Origin: an uncultured Chitinophaga sp.
GTDB lineage: Bacteria; Bacteroidota; Bacteroidia; NS11-12g; UBA9320
Assembly (NCBI GenBank): GCA_964617955.1
Contig: CAZTXB010000010.1
Span: forward strand, 1,771 to 65,770
DNA length: 64,000 nucleotides
Direction of reading: 5' to 3'
Made by a program: the position numbers and the translations under genes. Numbering within the stretch: position 1 is the stretch's first letter; every line of letters begins with the position of its first letter. Positions 29,828-40,087 of this stretch are shown in pieces. Under the pieces are notes generated by a model that worked only from the letters and a program-made list of their open reading frames with translations, searched no databases and had not been told where the DNA came from.

Positions 29828-30220
29828 ATGCGATTAAGACATAAAAGAAGATTTCACGCTGAAGTTGGAACCGGTGCTCTCAACGACATCATGTTCTTTC
29901 TTTTGCTCTTCTTTCTCATTATCTCCACCTTGGCCAACCCAAGCGTAATCAAGGTGTTTCTTCCCAAAACCAAGGTGGAAGAAAGAGTCAGCGACCCACC
30001 GATCATCTTGGTAATGACAGCCGATAAGCACTACTATATCAACAATGTGGAGGTGCCATTTGGCGACATCGAGGGCATGCTCAAACAAAAAGCGCCTACC
30101 ATGAAGGAGCCTACCATCATTATTCGCCCTGATGCTTCGCTTACCGTACAGGACCTGGTTGATGTGATGACCATTGGGGTTAAAAACCATATCAAAATGG
30201 TGATTGCTACCCAAAAATAG
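29828..30220 (+). CDS. exbD: ExbD/TolR biopolymer transport protein
   Basis: 130 aa. N-terminal cytoplasmic basic stretch, a single TM (DIMFFLLLFFLIIS) and a periplasmic ExbD domain. Confidence 0.8.
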   Translation: MRLRHKRRFHAEVGTGALNDIMFFLLLFFLIISTLANPSVIKVFLPKTKVEERVSDPPIILVMTADKHYYINNVEVPFGDIEGMLKQKAPTMKEPTIIIRPDASLTVQDLVDVMTIGVKNHIKMVIATQK

Positions 30221-30228
30221 AAAAGGCT

Positions 30229-30792
30229 ATGCCTGAGCTTAACTTAAAATTTCAACCTTTTCCGGTTCTCGAAACAGAGCGTTTAATTTTAAGACACATT
30301 ACCAAAGCCGATTCCGATGTGATGCTAAAATTGCGTTCAGATGTAGCGGCTATGCGCTATCTCGACAGGCCTATAGCAGTATCTATTGACGACGTGCATG
30401 CCCTTCTGGGACGAATGGACGACGACATTGATAACAACGACGGGGTGTCATGGGGTTTGGAATTAAAGCAAAGCGGCCAATTAATAGGAACCCTGGGCTA
30501 TTACCGACTCAAAAAAGAACATTTCAGAGGGGAGATAGGCTACATGCTTTTTCCAAGCCATTGGAGAAAGGGTTTAATGAGCGAAGCCATGCACAGGGTC
30601 ATGGATTATGGCTTTAATACCCTGGGATTTCACAGCATAGAGGCCGATATTAACCCTGACAATGAAGCTTCAAAGGGCATACTGCTCAAAATGGGCTTTG
30701 TACAGGAGGCTCATTTTAAGGAAAATTGTTTTTATGAAGGAAAATTCCTGGACACCATGATCTTTTCCATGCTAAAAAAAGATTTTAAATAA
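30229..30792 (+). CDS. GNAT family N-acetyltransferase (RimJ/RimL-like)
   Basis: 187 aa. TERLILRHITKADSDVM at the N-terminus and acetyl-CoA binding motif (GYMLFPSHWRKGLMSEAM) typical of the Acetyltransf_3 family. Confidence 0.85.
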   Translation: MPELNLKFQPFPVLETERLILRHITKADSDVMLKLRSDVAAMRYLDRPIAVSIDDVHALLGRMDDDIDNNDGVSWGLELKQSGQLIGTLGYYRLKKEHFRGEIGYMLFPSHWRKGLMSEAMHRVMDYGFNTLGFHSIEADINPDNEASKGILLKMGFVQEAHFKENCFYEGKFLDTMIFSMLKKDFK

Positions 30793-30805
30793 ATTTTTAC
30801 TCAGA

Positions 30806-31180
30806 TTGCTTTCAAATAAGATTAAATATAGCGTTTTCCTCTTTTTGACCATCTTGACTTTTGCCTGTCGTTTTATCGAAAATAACGGCACCGATGGAGG
30901 TCCCTGCACATATGAAACCAAATATTTCCCTGCCGAAGTTTTCGAAATCATAGCTATAGACAGCCTTTATTCTGAGGTTTATTTTGTTGTAAAAGGTTGC
31001 AGCGACTGTGAACGCGATACCCTTGTGTATTCAGGAGAGTTTACCGGTTACCTCCCCAACGATTCAATAGAAGCAAATAGGATTGCTTTGGGAAGCCGAC
31101 TAAAATATAAAGTGATGGAAATTAAATCCGGGAGCTGCAGCCCCCATATTGAAGTGCTGTTAAACGAAAAATTCGAATAA
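30806..31180 (+). CDS. Hypothetical Cys-rich secreted/lipoprotein
   Basis: 124 aa, signal peptide with a Cys in lipobox-like context (LTILTFACRF), and 6 Cys in the mature part. Predicted TTG start. Confidence 0.4.
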   Translation: MLSNKIKYSVFLFLTILTFACRFIENNGTDGGPCTYETKYFPAEVFEIIAIDSLYSEVYFVVKGCSDCERDTLVYSGEFTGYLPNDSIEANRIALGSRLKYKVMEIKSGSCSPHIEVLLNEKFE

Positions 31181-31301
31181 AAGGACTGAATCATTGGAAT
31201 AGGTCGTACATTTATTTAAGCAATTATTGAACATCGGGTCTTTACAATTGAGATGATTCAACACCCTTTTTTAATCTACTTTTGCTTTTTAAATTTCTCC
31301 T

Positions 31302-32783
31302 TTGGGCAACATTAAAAAACTGGCATCGCAAACGTTGACTTATGGTATGAGTACCATTGTGGGAAGGTTTATCAACTTTTTATTGGTTCCCCTTTACACT
31401 GCGCTCTACAATCCCCATGAGTATGGAATTGTAACCGATGTTTACGCCATGGTGGCTTTTTTAAATGTGGTGCTGGTATATGGAATGGAAACGGCGTTTT
31501 TCAATTTTGCGCGCATGAAAGAAAATTCGGTAGCAAAAGTATATGCTACAGGGATGAATAACCTACTGATAAGCAGTACATTGTTTATCATCGCCGGCTC
31601 TCTGTTTCATGTTCCAATTGCCTCATGGCTTCACTATGAGCAACATCCCGAATATATTCTTTGGTTCGTATGGATTATAGGCGTGGATGCCATCAGCGCT
31701 TTGCCGTTTGCCCTTCTCAGGCAGATGCAGAAACCCATTAAGTTTTCAGTTCTCAAATTGGTTTGGGTTTTAGTAAATGTGTTACTCAATCTTTATTTTT
31801 TGCTCTGGGCACCAAAACTGGTTGCTCAAGGTGTTACGGCTCCGTTTTTCGATGCGGGAATAGGATTGGGCTACATTTTTATTTCCAATTTGGTAGCCAG
31901 TTTGTTTGTACTCGTCTTGCTTTTGCCGGAGTGCTTGAAATATGGATTTAAGGCCGATTCGGATTTGAGAATGGCCATGTTAAAGTACGCCTGGCCGTTA
32001 ATTTTTATTGGCCTGGCCGGTATTGCCAACGAAACCTTTAGTCGGGTCATACTAAAATATTTAACGCCTGAAAAAGACGGCTTTTACCAACTGGGGGTGT
32101 TCGGGGCCTTTTATAAACTGAGCATCATCATGACCCTTTTTGTTCAGGCTTTTAAATTCGCGGCTGAACCCTTTTTCTTTGATCAGCATAAAAATGAAAA
32201 TGCCCAATTGCTTTATGCGCGCATTATGGACTATTTTGTCATGGTGTGTTCAGCCATATTTTTGGGAACCATGCTCTTTGTTGAACAACTGTCGGGACTT
32301 CTTATCCGGCAAAAGGATTATTTCGAGCACCCCGACGGGATAAAAATTATCCCCATTTTGCTCATGGCCAACCTTTTTTTAGGAATGTTTTACAGCATCA
32401 GCGTTTGGTACCGACTTACCGATAACACTAGAAAAGGCTCTCGCTTATCCGTCATAGCAGCCATTATCACAGTGGTATTTAACGTGGCCCTCATCCCATT
32501 ATACGGGTTTTTGGCCTCTGCCTGGGTCACCTTGTTCGTTTACTTCTTTTTGGCAGTTTCAAATTATATCTGGGGGCAAAAGTATTACCCAGTGCCTTAT
32601 AATATTTTAAAGCTCTCCCTTATCATTATGCTTTCCATCGTTATTTATCTGCTGTCAAAAGCGCTTCACCCCCAAATTGAAATATCGGTATGGTTTATGA
32701 ATGCCCTTTGGATCTTAGTGTTTGGACTGGGTTTAATTTTTATTGAAAAACGTTTTAAAACCGGATATGAAAGTGCGCATTAA
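31302..32783 (+). CDS. Polysaccharide biosynthesis protein, Wzx-like flippase (MOP superfamily)
   Basis: 493 aa, about 12-14 TM helices. The N-terminal [27 protein letters not shown] is typical of Wzx/oligosaccharide flippases. Predicted TTG start. Confidence 0.75.
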   Translation: MGNIKKLASQTLTYGMSTIVGRFINFLLVPLYTALYNPHEYGIVTDVYAMVAFLNVVLVYGMETAFFNFARMKENSVAKVYATGMNNLLISSTLFIIAGSLFHVPIASWLHYEQHPEYILWFVWIIGVDAISALPFALLRQMQKPIKFSVLKLVWVLVNVLLNLYFLLWAPKLVAQGVTAPFFDAGIGLGYIFISNLVASLFVLVLLLPECLKYGFKADSDLRMAMLKYAWPLIFIGLAGIANETFSRVILKYLTPEKDGFYQLGVFGAFYKLSIIMTLFVQAFKFAAEPFFFDQHKNENAQLLYARIMDYFVMVCSAIFLGTMLFVEQLSGLLIRQKDYFEHPDGIKIIPILLMANLFLGMFYSISVWYRLTDNTRKGSRLSVIAAIITVVFNVALIPLYGFLASAWVTLFVYFFLAVSNYIWGQKYYPVPYNILKLSLIIMLSIVIYLLSKALHPQIEISVWFMNALWILVFGLGLIFIEKRFKTGYESAH

Positions 32784-33204
32784 TATCGTAAATAAAAGTC
32801 GCCACCCCTTGCCGAAATACCAATCCAAACAGGCTGCCGGTGTGGATGTGATGGCGAATATTTCTGAGCCTGTAACCCTGCTACCCCTTCAAAGGCATCT
32901 TGTTGGCACAGGACTAAATATTGAACTCCCCGAAGGGTATGAAGCCCAAATCAGACCGAGAAGCGGCCTGGCGGCGAAGCATGGCATTACCATAGTAAAC
33001 AGTCCGGGAACTATCGATTCCGATTACCGTGGCGAAATCAAAATATGTTTGGTCAATTTGTCGAACGAAGTATTTACCGTGAATGACGGAGACCGCATCG
33101 CCCAAATGGTGATTTCAAAGCATGAAACGGCCCTGTTTAATTTAGTGGAGGAACTCGCGCCTACCGACCGAGGCGAAGGGGGTCATGGAAGCACCGGAGT
33201 CTGA
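32767..33204 (+). CDS. dut: dUTP diphosphatase
   Basis: Motifs [31 protein letters not shown] and GDRIAQMVI, the dUTPase motifs. ATG at 32767 (MKVRINIV) overlaps the flippase 3' end. Confidence 0.9.
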   Translation: MKVRINIVNKSRHPLPKYQSKQAAGVDVMANISEPVTLLPLQRHLVGTGLNIELPEGYEAQIRPRSGLAAKHGITIVNSPGTIDSDYRGEIKICLVNLSNEVFTVNDGDRIAQMVISKHETALFNLVEELAPTDRGEGGHGSTGV

Positions 33205-33227
33205 ATCCGAAGTCATTTATTAAAAAT

Positions 33228-34511
33228 CTAAACTTCAAGGGAAGTTTCCGGGGCATTTGCTAGCGGGGATTTAGAATGTTTGTTGACGTAATTATTGAGA
33301 ATATACATCAGAAACAAGGCCACAAGCATGGATGAGATCACCACAAAACCAAGATCCTGATAGTGCTTCAAAGATCCATTCGCTCCTCTGACCACAATGA
33401 GGCCGGCAAAGTAGGCCGCAATGCCTCCTGAAATCTGTTGCACCGATGAATTGATACTCATAAAGGCTCCTCGGTCTTTGGCCTCAGGTATCGCTGTCAT
33501 GAGCGCCGACGCCGAAACCATCCTGGAGGTGATGCCTGCAAATAAAATGATGTTGATGATCATCACCAACCATAATGGTGTAAAGCCAAGGGACGTATAA
33601 GTCGCCACCATCGCTCCGCTGAGAAGGGTGCCTATCAAAAATATTTTGAATTTGCCGTAGGTATCACTCATTTTGCCTATGAGCGGCCCCAGCAGTATGC
33701 TAGAAAACCCCGTAATGCCATAGAGTTTCCATAAATCGACGCGACGAATCCCCAAATTGTTGACTGCAAAATCGCTGCCGAAAGGCATGAGCATGTAACC
33801 TCCGGTAGCCAATACCGTGGTGGCCAAAAAAGCCCTTACATAGGGTTTAAAAGTAAGGGTCTTAAAAAGATGCTTCATTGCGCTTCGGTCATTTTTAAGG
33901 GTTAAATGCCCGTCGATGGGCTTCATATAAATAACAATGGCGACACCGGCCAGAAGGCAAAGAGCCACAATCATACTGAATGGAGCATGCCATCCAAAGT
34001 GCGACGCCAGAAGCAGGCCAATAGGCAAGCCTAATATTTGACTGGCGGCAAACGACATTTGGATAAACCCCATGACCCTTCCACGCACTTCCAATTTAAA
34101 CAGGTCGGTAATGATGGCGAAACTCACCGAACTGATGATGCCTCCAAAAATTCCGGTTACGATTCGGGCCATTAATAAAAAATCGTAAGTGGGAGCGATG
34201 GAACATAAAAAGGTTCCAAACACAAATCCAACATAAAAAAACAGCAAGAAGCGTTTACGGTCGAATTTATCAGCAAATCCGGCGATGATTAGCCCTGCGA
34301 TTCCTGCAAATATGGCGTATGCCGATACCACTTTCGAAAATTGAGAAGGTGTAATTTTTAACTCATCCATGAGTTGCTCTCCCAGGGGTGAAAGCACCAT
34401 GAAGTCGAGCACCACGGTAAATTGAATGAAAGCCAGTATGGCTATCATAAATTTTTGATAAGCACTAAAAAGTGGTTTTTGTTTCTCAGGTACCGATTGG
34501 GGTGGTTTCAT
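33228..34511 (-). CDS. MFS transporter
   Basis: 427 aa, 12 predicted TM helices. An MFS loop 2-3 motif (GFADKFDRKR). Confidence 0.85.
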   Translation of the reverse strand: MKPPQSVPEKQKPLFSAYQKFMIAILAFIQFTVVLDFMVLSPLGEQLMDELKITPSQFSKVVSAYAIFAGIAGLIIAGFADKFDRKRFLLFFYVGFVFGTFLCSIAPTYDFLLMARIVTGIFGGIISSVSFAIITDLFKLEVRGRVMGFIQMSFAASQILGLPIGLLLASHFGWHAPFSMIVALCLLAGVAIVIYMKPIDGHLTLKNDRSAMKHLFKTLTFKPYVRAFLATTVLATGGYMLMPFGSDFAVNNLGIRRVDLWKLYGITGFSSILLGPLIGKMSDTYGKFKIFLIGTLLSGAMVATYTSLGFTPLWLVMIINIILFAGITSRMVSASALMTAIPEAKDRGAFMSINSSVQQISGGIAAYFAGLIVVRGANGSLKHYQDLGFVVISSMLVALFLMYILNNYVNKHSKSPLANAPETSLEV

Positions 34512-34574
34512 AGTTTAAAAAGGTACCTCCGGAGACAATAAAATTTGCGAACAATCAGAAGACAGACCTGTAAA

Positions 34575-35270
34575 TCAGATACTCACCTGGCTGTTGATGA
34601 TACTTTGAAAAATCTGAAAGCCATCTGAGTTAAACAAAGAATCGGTAGCACAGCGCTCGGGGTGTGGCATCATTCCAAACACGTTTTTGCCTCGGTTGCA
34701 AATTCCAGCAATATTGTGCAGTGATCCATTCACATTCGACTGTTCGCTTATTTCTCCATTAGCATCGCAGTAGAAAAAGAGCACCTGCTTGTTGTCCATG
34801 ATTTCCTTCAAAGTGTCATCATCCGCATAAAATCTTCCTTCGCCATGAGCAATAGGAATTTTTAAAACCTCCGAAGAGGAAATGCAGTTGGTAATAGGCA
34901 AGTTGATATTTCCTGGCTTGAGATACACATTGTCGCAAACAAATTGTAAATTTTTGTTTCGCAATAAGGCCCCCGGCAACAAACCGGCTTCGCATAATAT
35001 TTGAAAACCATTGCAAATACCCATTACATAGCCGCCTTTGTTTGCAAATTCAATGATGGATTGCATGATGGGGCTGTATCTTGCAATGGCCCCGCTTCTC
35101 AGGTAATCGCCGTAGGAAAACCCACCGGGTAAAAATATGAAGTCGCAATCTTGCAAATCGGTGTCTTTGTGCCAAAGCTCAACCACTTCCGAATCTTCGA
35201 GTTTTTCGAGAACATGAATCAAGTCGTGGTCGCAATTAGACCCGGGAAATATAACTACCCCAAATTTCAT
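34575..35270 (-). CDS. purQ: Phosphoribosylformylglycinamidine synthase subunit PurQ (glutaminase)
   Basis: N-terminal [16 protein letters not shown], catalytic Cys context GICNGFQIL and His/Glu (HPERC). Class I glutamine amidotransferase. Confidence 0.9.
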   Translation of the reverse strand: MKFGVVIFPGSNCDHDLIHVLEKLEDSEVVELWHKDTDLQDCDFIFLPGGFSYGDYLRSGAIARYSPIMQSIIEFANKGGYVMGICNGFQILCEAGLLPGALLRNKNLQFVCDNVYLKPGNINLPITNCISSSEVLKIPIAHGEGRFYADDDTLKEIMDNKQVLFFYCDANGEISEQSNVNGSLHNIAGICNRGKNVFGMMPHPERCATDSLFNSDGFQIFQSIINSQVSI

Positions 35271-35406
35271 ATGTGCAAAGGTAAATCTATTTTGTGGAAT
35301 GAAAAGTTCAGGTGGAAATATAGCTTGAAAATGTGGGGATTAAATTTGTAATTTCAGGTTAGCACACTATAGAACGTCAACACATTCATGCCGGCTCAAA
35401 AAAAAA

Positions 35407-35760
35407 TTACGATTGTTCAAGTTCCTCCCAGTATTCAGCTGCCCTTCGTGTATGCGGAATAACAATGGTGCCACCGACAATATTGGCTACAGCAAAAGTT
35501 TCAAAAACTTCGGCCTTACTCACCCCATTTTCATGACATTTTCCCAAATGGTATTTGATGCAATCGTCGCAGCGCAAAACCATGCTAGCCACCAATCCCA
35601 GCAGTTCTTTGGTCTTTACTGGTAGGGCGCCATCGGCGTAGGTATTGGTATCCAGATTAAAGAGTCTTTTCAGTACCAAATTGTCGCCGTCCATAATGGC
35701 TTTGTTTCCCTTTTCTCTGCTCTCGTTAAACTCTGTAACCAACTTTGATTTATTTCTCAT
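35407..35760 (-). CDS. Carboxymuconolactone decarboxylase family protein (AhpD-like)
   Basis: 117 aa. The CDDCIKYH motif (C-x2-C-x3-H) is characteristic of the AhpD/CMD family. Confidence 0.8.
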   Translation of the reverse strand: MRNKSKLVTEFNESREKGNKAIMDGDNLVLKRLFNLDTNTYADGALPVKTKELLGLVASMVLRCDDCIKYHLGKCHENGVSKAEVFETFAVANIVGGTIVIPHTRRAAEYWEELEQS

Positions 35761-35786
35761 ATCCCAAATTAACTCATCTTAATTTA

Positions 35787-37082
35787 TCAATCTTCAGAGA
35801 AGTACTTCTTTCTGAACTTAATATTCAATTGTTTTTGGTGGTTGTCCAAATCCACAGGCCGGCCATCGATCCAGGCATGTGTTACCACTGAGGTTTTCAT
35901 GTCTAACACATTGCCCTCGCTCAAAAAGAGGGTGGCACTTTTTCCTGGTTCCAGGGTACCATAATCTTTGGCTATTCCCAATATTTCGGCTGTATTTTTG
36001 GTGATTGCCATTAAAGCTTGTTCGTCGGTGAGCCCATATGCCACTGCGCTTCCGGCTTGAAAGGGAAGGTTTCGTTGCTGCCAGGCACCTACATCGGCAA
36101 TACAATAAAGTACACCCGAATCCTGCAATAATTTCGGTAGTTTATAGGGCAAATCTATATCATCCTCAGGCATGGATGGCAAATTATGGGTGCGTAAAAG
36201 TATTACAGGAACCTTGTTTAGTTTGAGGTAGGCGCTGATTAAAAAACTTTCATTCGCGCCCACTATGGTTGGAGTTATTCCATATTTTTTAAAAAATTCA
36301 ATGGCACTCATCATTTCTTTGGCGCCATCGGCATGCACAAAAATTTTGGTGGCACCTGTAAATACTTTTTTAAAGGCTTCCAATTTCAGATTGAGTACCT
36401 CAGGTTGCGTTTCAGAATAGGATTTGGCTTTTGAAAAAATTTCTTCTAATGCGAAAAGCTCCTTGTCCACCTGCAATTTTTCTATCTCGCCGGGCTCGGC
36501 CCACCAACCTCTTTGTACCGACATCCTGGGCCAGTTAACGTGCAGGGCATCATCCATTTTAATTGCGGCATCTTCCCAATTCCAGGCATCGAGTTGTACA
36601 ATGCCTGAGGTCCCGGAAATAAGTCCCCCTTGTGGGGTGACTTGAGTGAGTAAAATGCCATTACTTCTCACCGTTGGAATCACTTTTGAGTCGGTATTGT
36701 AAGCGATGAGGCTTCTTACATTGGCGTTGTTGGTCCCTACCTCGTTAAAGTCTCTTGTTGATCGCACAGCGTCAATTTCATTCAATCCCGTGGTAGAATT
36801 CGGAGCGATGAGTCCCGGATACAAATGTTTGCCTTTAGCCTCTACAATGGTGTAGCCTTTAAAGTCGTTGAGTATAAGCAGCGAATCGGCCGAAACTATC
36901 CGACCATTTACAATCGCCAGACTTGCATCATTAACCACCTTGCCGTTTCCAATGTGTAAAGTCGCACCCATAATCAAAACCGGTTTGGCTCCTAATTTTC
37001 CGGGCGAAGGGACCTGCGCCCTCCCGTGAAAAATAGTAGCGGATATTACAATTAGCAATAGGTACCTCATCCTGTTCATCAT
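35787..37082 (-). CDS. Secreted amidohydrolase-superfamily protein (metal-dependent hydrolase)
   Basis: Signal peptide MMNRMRYLLLIVISATIFHGRAQ. Amidohydrolase motifs (NGRIVSADS N-terminal beta-sandwich, HAD..., HAWIDG). The start ATG at 37082 overlaps the upstream gene's TGA (ATGATG context). The track start is 37106. Confidence 0.8.
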   Translation of the reverse strand: MMNRMRYLLLIVISATIFHGRAQVPSPGKLGAKPVLIMGATLHIGNGKVVNDASLAIVNGRIVSADSLLILNDFKGYTIVEAKGKHLYPGLIAPNSTTGLNEIDAVRSTRDFNEVGTNNANVRSLIAYNTDSKVIPTVRSNGILLTQVTPQGGLISGTSGIVQLDAWNWEDAAIKMDDALHVNWPRMSVQRGWWAEPGEIEKLQVDKELFALEEIFSKAKSYSETQPEVLNLKLEAFKKVFTGATKIFVHADGAKEMMSAIEFFKKYGITPTIVGANESFLISAYLKLNKVPVILLRTHNLPSMPEDDIDLPYKLPKLLQDSGVLYCIADVGAWQQRNLPFQAGSAVAYGLTDEQALMAITKNTAEILGIAKDYGTLEPGKSATLFLSEGNVLDMKTSVVTHAWIDGRPVDLDNHQKQLNIKFRKKYFSED

Positions 37083-40033
37083 TCTATGTTTTCTTCTTCC
37101 TCGCAATGGTATATTTCCTCTTCAGTTTTAACTGCTTTTCGGGTCGAATGCCCCTCTTTTTTGGCCTTGACCATGGCGTCGATAAGCCTTTTGCGTTCGG
37201 AGGCAACGAATTTTCTTTTTTCCAAATCTAAGGTTCGGTCAAAATAAATTTGTCCGTCGATTATGGTCGTCACAGGTTTTGAAAAGTTGCTTAAGGGATT
37301 TCCATCCCACAACACCAAATCGGCATCCTTTCCAATTTCAATGCTACCCACCCGTTTCTCGATGTGAAGCATTTTAGCCGGGTTAATGGTCACCATGTTT
37401 AACGCCTCAACTTCCGAAACCCCGCTGTATTTAATGGTTTTAGCTGCTTCCTGTGTCAATCTCCGGCCCATCTCAGCGTCGTCGCTGTTGATGCCCGTGA
37501 TAACACCCACTTCATTTAAAATACCCGCGTTGTGGGGTATGGCGTCGATAACCTCATACTTATAGGCCCACCAATCGGCAAAGGTGCTGGCCGCCACGCC
37601 ATGCTTCTTCATCTTATCGGCCACTTTGTACCCCTCAAGTATATGGGTGAAGGTGTTTACTCTAAACCCAAAACTATCGGCAACATGCATGAGCATATTT
37701 ATTTCCGACTGTACATAGCTGTGACAGGTGATAAATCTTTTTCCGTTCAAAATTTCCAACAGGGCTTCCAACTCCAAATCGGTGCGGAATACACCGGTCT
37801 TTTTAGCCTGAGCATAAGCCATTGCTCTGGTGAAGCCATCATTAAATACCTGCTCTACGCCCATTCGGGTCTGTGGGTATCGGCTGGTTTGTCTGTCGCC
37901 CCAATTGCTTTGCTTAACATTTTCGCCAAGGGCAAATTTTATAAAGCGGTGATCGGTAGGGAATTTTAATTGCTCCGGACCTTCACCATATTTTAATTTA
38001 ATCAGCGCCGTTTGGCCTCCAATGGCATTGGCCGAACCGTGCAGAAGGTGGGAAGTGGTTACTCCTCCCGACAATTGTCGGTATATGTTCACGTCTTTGG
38101 CATTGATGACGTCTTCAATGCGCACTTCACTGGTAATAGACTGAGTGCCTTCGTTGACCCCTTTGGAGATCGCGATATGGCTGTGTTCGTCAATAATTCC
38201 CGGTGTAAGGTGCTTGCCCATCCCGTTGATTTCCACAGCATCAAAAGGTCTGTAATGCAGATCGGTGCTTATCGAAAGAATTTTACCATCTTTTACCAAT
38301 ACATTGGCAATTTTCGGTTGCGCTTTGTCGGCGCAGGTCCATACCGTGCAGTTGGTTATATAATACGCAGCTGCCTTTGGCGTATCATATTTCCATGGCC
38401 ATTTAAACATCGGTACCTTTAATTCGGGCTTCGCCTTAACCGAATCTTTACTTGCTTCTAATTCTCCTAAAAATTTGGATAAAATTTTAATGGCTTTGCC
38501 TGTGGAGTCCTGGTAGTTGATAAGCAAATCGCGCCCAACTTTATACGCCGTTCCAATGACAGGCCGCTCGTTTCTTTGATAAAAATGAAAGGACAAGAGT
38601 CCGTTTTTGACCATGATTTTGATTTCTGCAGCCGACTTTGATTTCATAACGGCTTTCTGATTCCAGGGTTTACCGCTGATGATGTATTGCAGAGTGCTGT
38701 CGCCAAATTTAACCGAATACTTTCCTCTGAAGTCCTCAGTGTTTCGGTCCACCAGAGGATAGGCCTGACCCAAAACCCAGTTCTCAACTATGGCTGAGCC
38801 CTGTTTAAAAATATTGCCATCGCAAACTAAAAAGTTAGCAAATTTCCCCTGTTCAAGCGTTCCACAGCGGCTCTCCACACCCAAATATTTTGAAGGAATG
38901 GCGGTGAGGGCTTTCAAGGCATATTCTTCAGGCAATCCGTTTTCAATGGCCCTTCGCAAATTGGGAAGGAAATTCTCCTTCTTTTTCATTCCGGCACTGG
39001 TCAGAGCAAAGTCGATACCTTGCGAATAAAGAACGTAGGGGTTAAAAGGGGCATTTTCCCAATGCTGAAGTTCGGTGAGGTTTATTAACCGTGCGTCGAG
39101 TGGATCTTCCACATCAAAAGCCTCAGGAAAATCGATGGGGATGATGAGAGGGGCCTTGGTTTCCCTCACTTCCTTGATAAATTGATACTCGTCGCCCTTT
39201 GATTTTATGATATACTGAATCCCAAATTCATCCCCTAGCTTATCGGCCCGCAAAATTTCCTGGGCATCGCCCACTTCAAAAAAATGAGAGAGATTTGAAT
39301 TCTTGTTATAGAGTTGCAGCGACCGGTTCACCTCCTCCTGTTTTGCGCCTTTATACCATTTGGCGTCATAATAAAATTGTCTCAGCAAAGCGATGCTTCC
39401 CATTAAACTCGAGGGGTAATCCTGAGTGGAATTGCCCTTGTTGAAAGAGAAAAATTGTCCTGCCTCCGACTCTATGATTTGCCGGGTTTCAGGTTTTTCG
39501 CCCAGGTGGGTTACCAATCCAAGGCCTCTTGCAATGCCATTTTGCGAATGCGAAGCTACCACACCGAAGCCCAAATCGCGGTAGGTTTTTGCTTCTTCTT
39601 TTTGAATCGAAAATACAGCCGAGGCTTCCATTTCAGGATGAATGGCTTCATTCCAATACCAGGGTCCATGCTTAGAACTCAAAAATTGTGGTCCGGGTTT
39701 ATCGGCCTTTTGGCCTGCTTTTTCGATTCCGTATTCAGTCCAGGGGTCGATGAAAGAAGGGTAAATCCAATAGCCTTTGAGATCGACGATTCTGGAGCCG
39801 GCCGGAATTTTTATATCCTTGCCTATGGCTTGAATCAGGCCTTTTGAAACAATCAAAACTCCGTTTTCAATTTTAGTTTGGGCATCCTTAATCAGGGTGG
39901 CGTTGATAAAGGCATACACTTCATTGTAGGTGTCGTCAACCCCATTAATGGGGACTCCATTCTGAGCTTTGACTTTAGGCAGGCTAAAAATCAAACAAAC
40001 CGAAAGGCAAATGATGGCACTTATCCTGGGCAT
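37079..40033 (-). CDS. Secreted large amidohydrolase-superfamily protein with two amidohydrolase-like modules
   Basis: 984 aa, signal peptide. Two separate metal-ligand regions (e.g. GIIDEHSHIA, and a second HSYVQ...H). A commonly conserved gene pair with the downstream 430-aa amidohydrolase in Bacteroidota. Confidence 0.8.
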   Translation of the reverse strand: MPRISAIICLSVCLIFSLPKVKAQNGVPINGVDDTYNEVYAFINATLIKDAQTKIENGVLIVSKGLIQAIGKDIKIPAGSRIVDLKGYWIYPSFIDPWTEYGIEKAGQKADKPGPQFLSSKHGPWYWNEAIHPEMEASAVFSIQKEEAKTYRDLGFGVVASHSQNGIARGLGLVTHLGEKPETRQIIESEAGQFFSFNKGNSTQDYPSSLMGSIALLRQFYYDAKWYKGAKQEEVNRSLQLYNKNSNLSHFFEVGDAQEILRADKLGDEFGIQYIIKSKGDEYQFIKEVRETKAPLIIPIDFPEAFDVEDPLDARLINLTELQHWENAPFNPYVLYSQGIDFALTSAGMKKKENFLPNLRRAIENGLPEEYALKALTAIPSKYLGVESRCGTLEQGKFANFLVCDGNIFKQGSAIVENWVLGQAYPLVDRNTEDFRGKYSVKFGDSTLQYIISGKPWNQKAVMKSKSAAEIKIMVKNGLLSFHFYQRNERPVIGTAYKVGRDLLINYQDSTGKAIKILSKFLGELEASKDSVKAKPELKVPMFKWPWKYDTPKAAAYYITNCTVWTCADKAQPKIANVLVKDGKILSISTDLHYRPFDAVEINGMGKHLTPGIIDEHSHIAISKGVNEGTQSITSEVRIEDVINAKDVNIYRQLSGGVTTSHLLHGSANAIGGQTALIKLKYGEGPEQLKFPTDHRFIKFALGENVKQSNWGDRQTSRYPQTRMGVEQVFNDGFTRAMAYAQAKKTGVFRTDLELEALLEILNGKRFITCHSYVQSEINMLMHVADSFGFRVNTFTHILEGYKVADKMKKHGVAASTFADWWAYKYEVIDAIPHNAGILNEVGVITGINSDDAEMGRRLTQEAAKTIKYSGVSEVEALNMVTINPAKMLHIEKRVGSIEIGKDADLVLWDGNPLSNFSKPVTTIIDGQIYFDRTLDLEKRKFVASERKRLIDAMVKAKKEGHSTRKAVKTEEEIYHCEEEENIE

Positions 40034-40087
40034 TTTATCTGGTGCTATAATGGGGGATGATTATTAAACGGAAGAAAAGAACATCTT

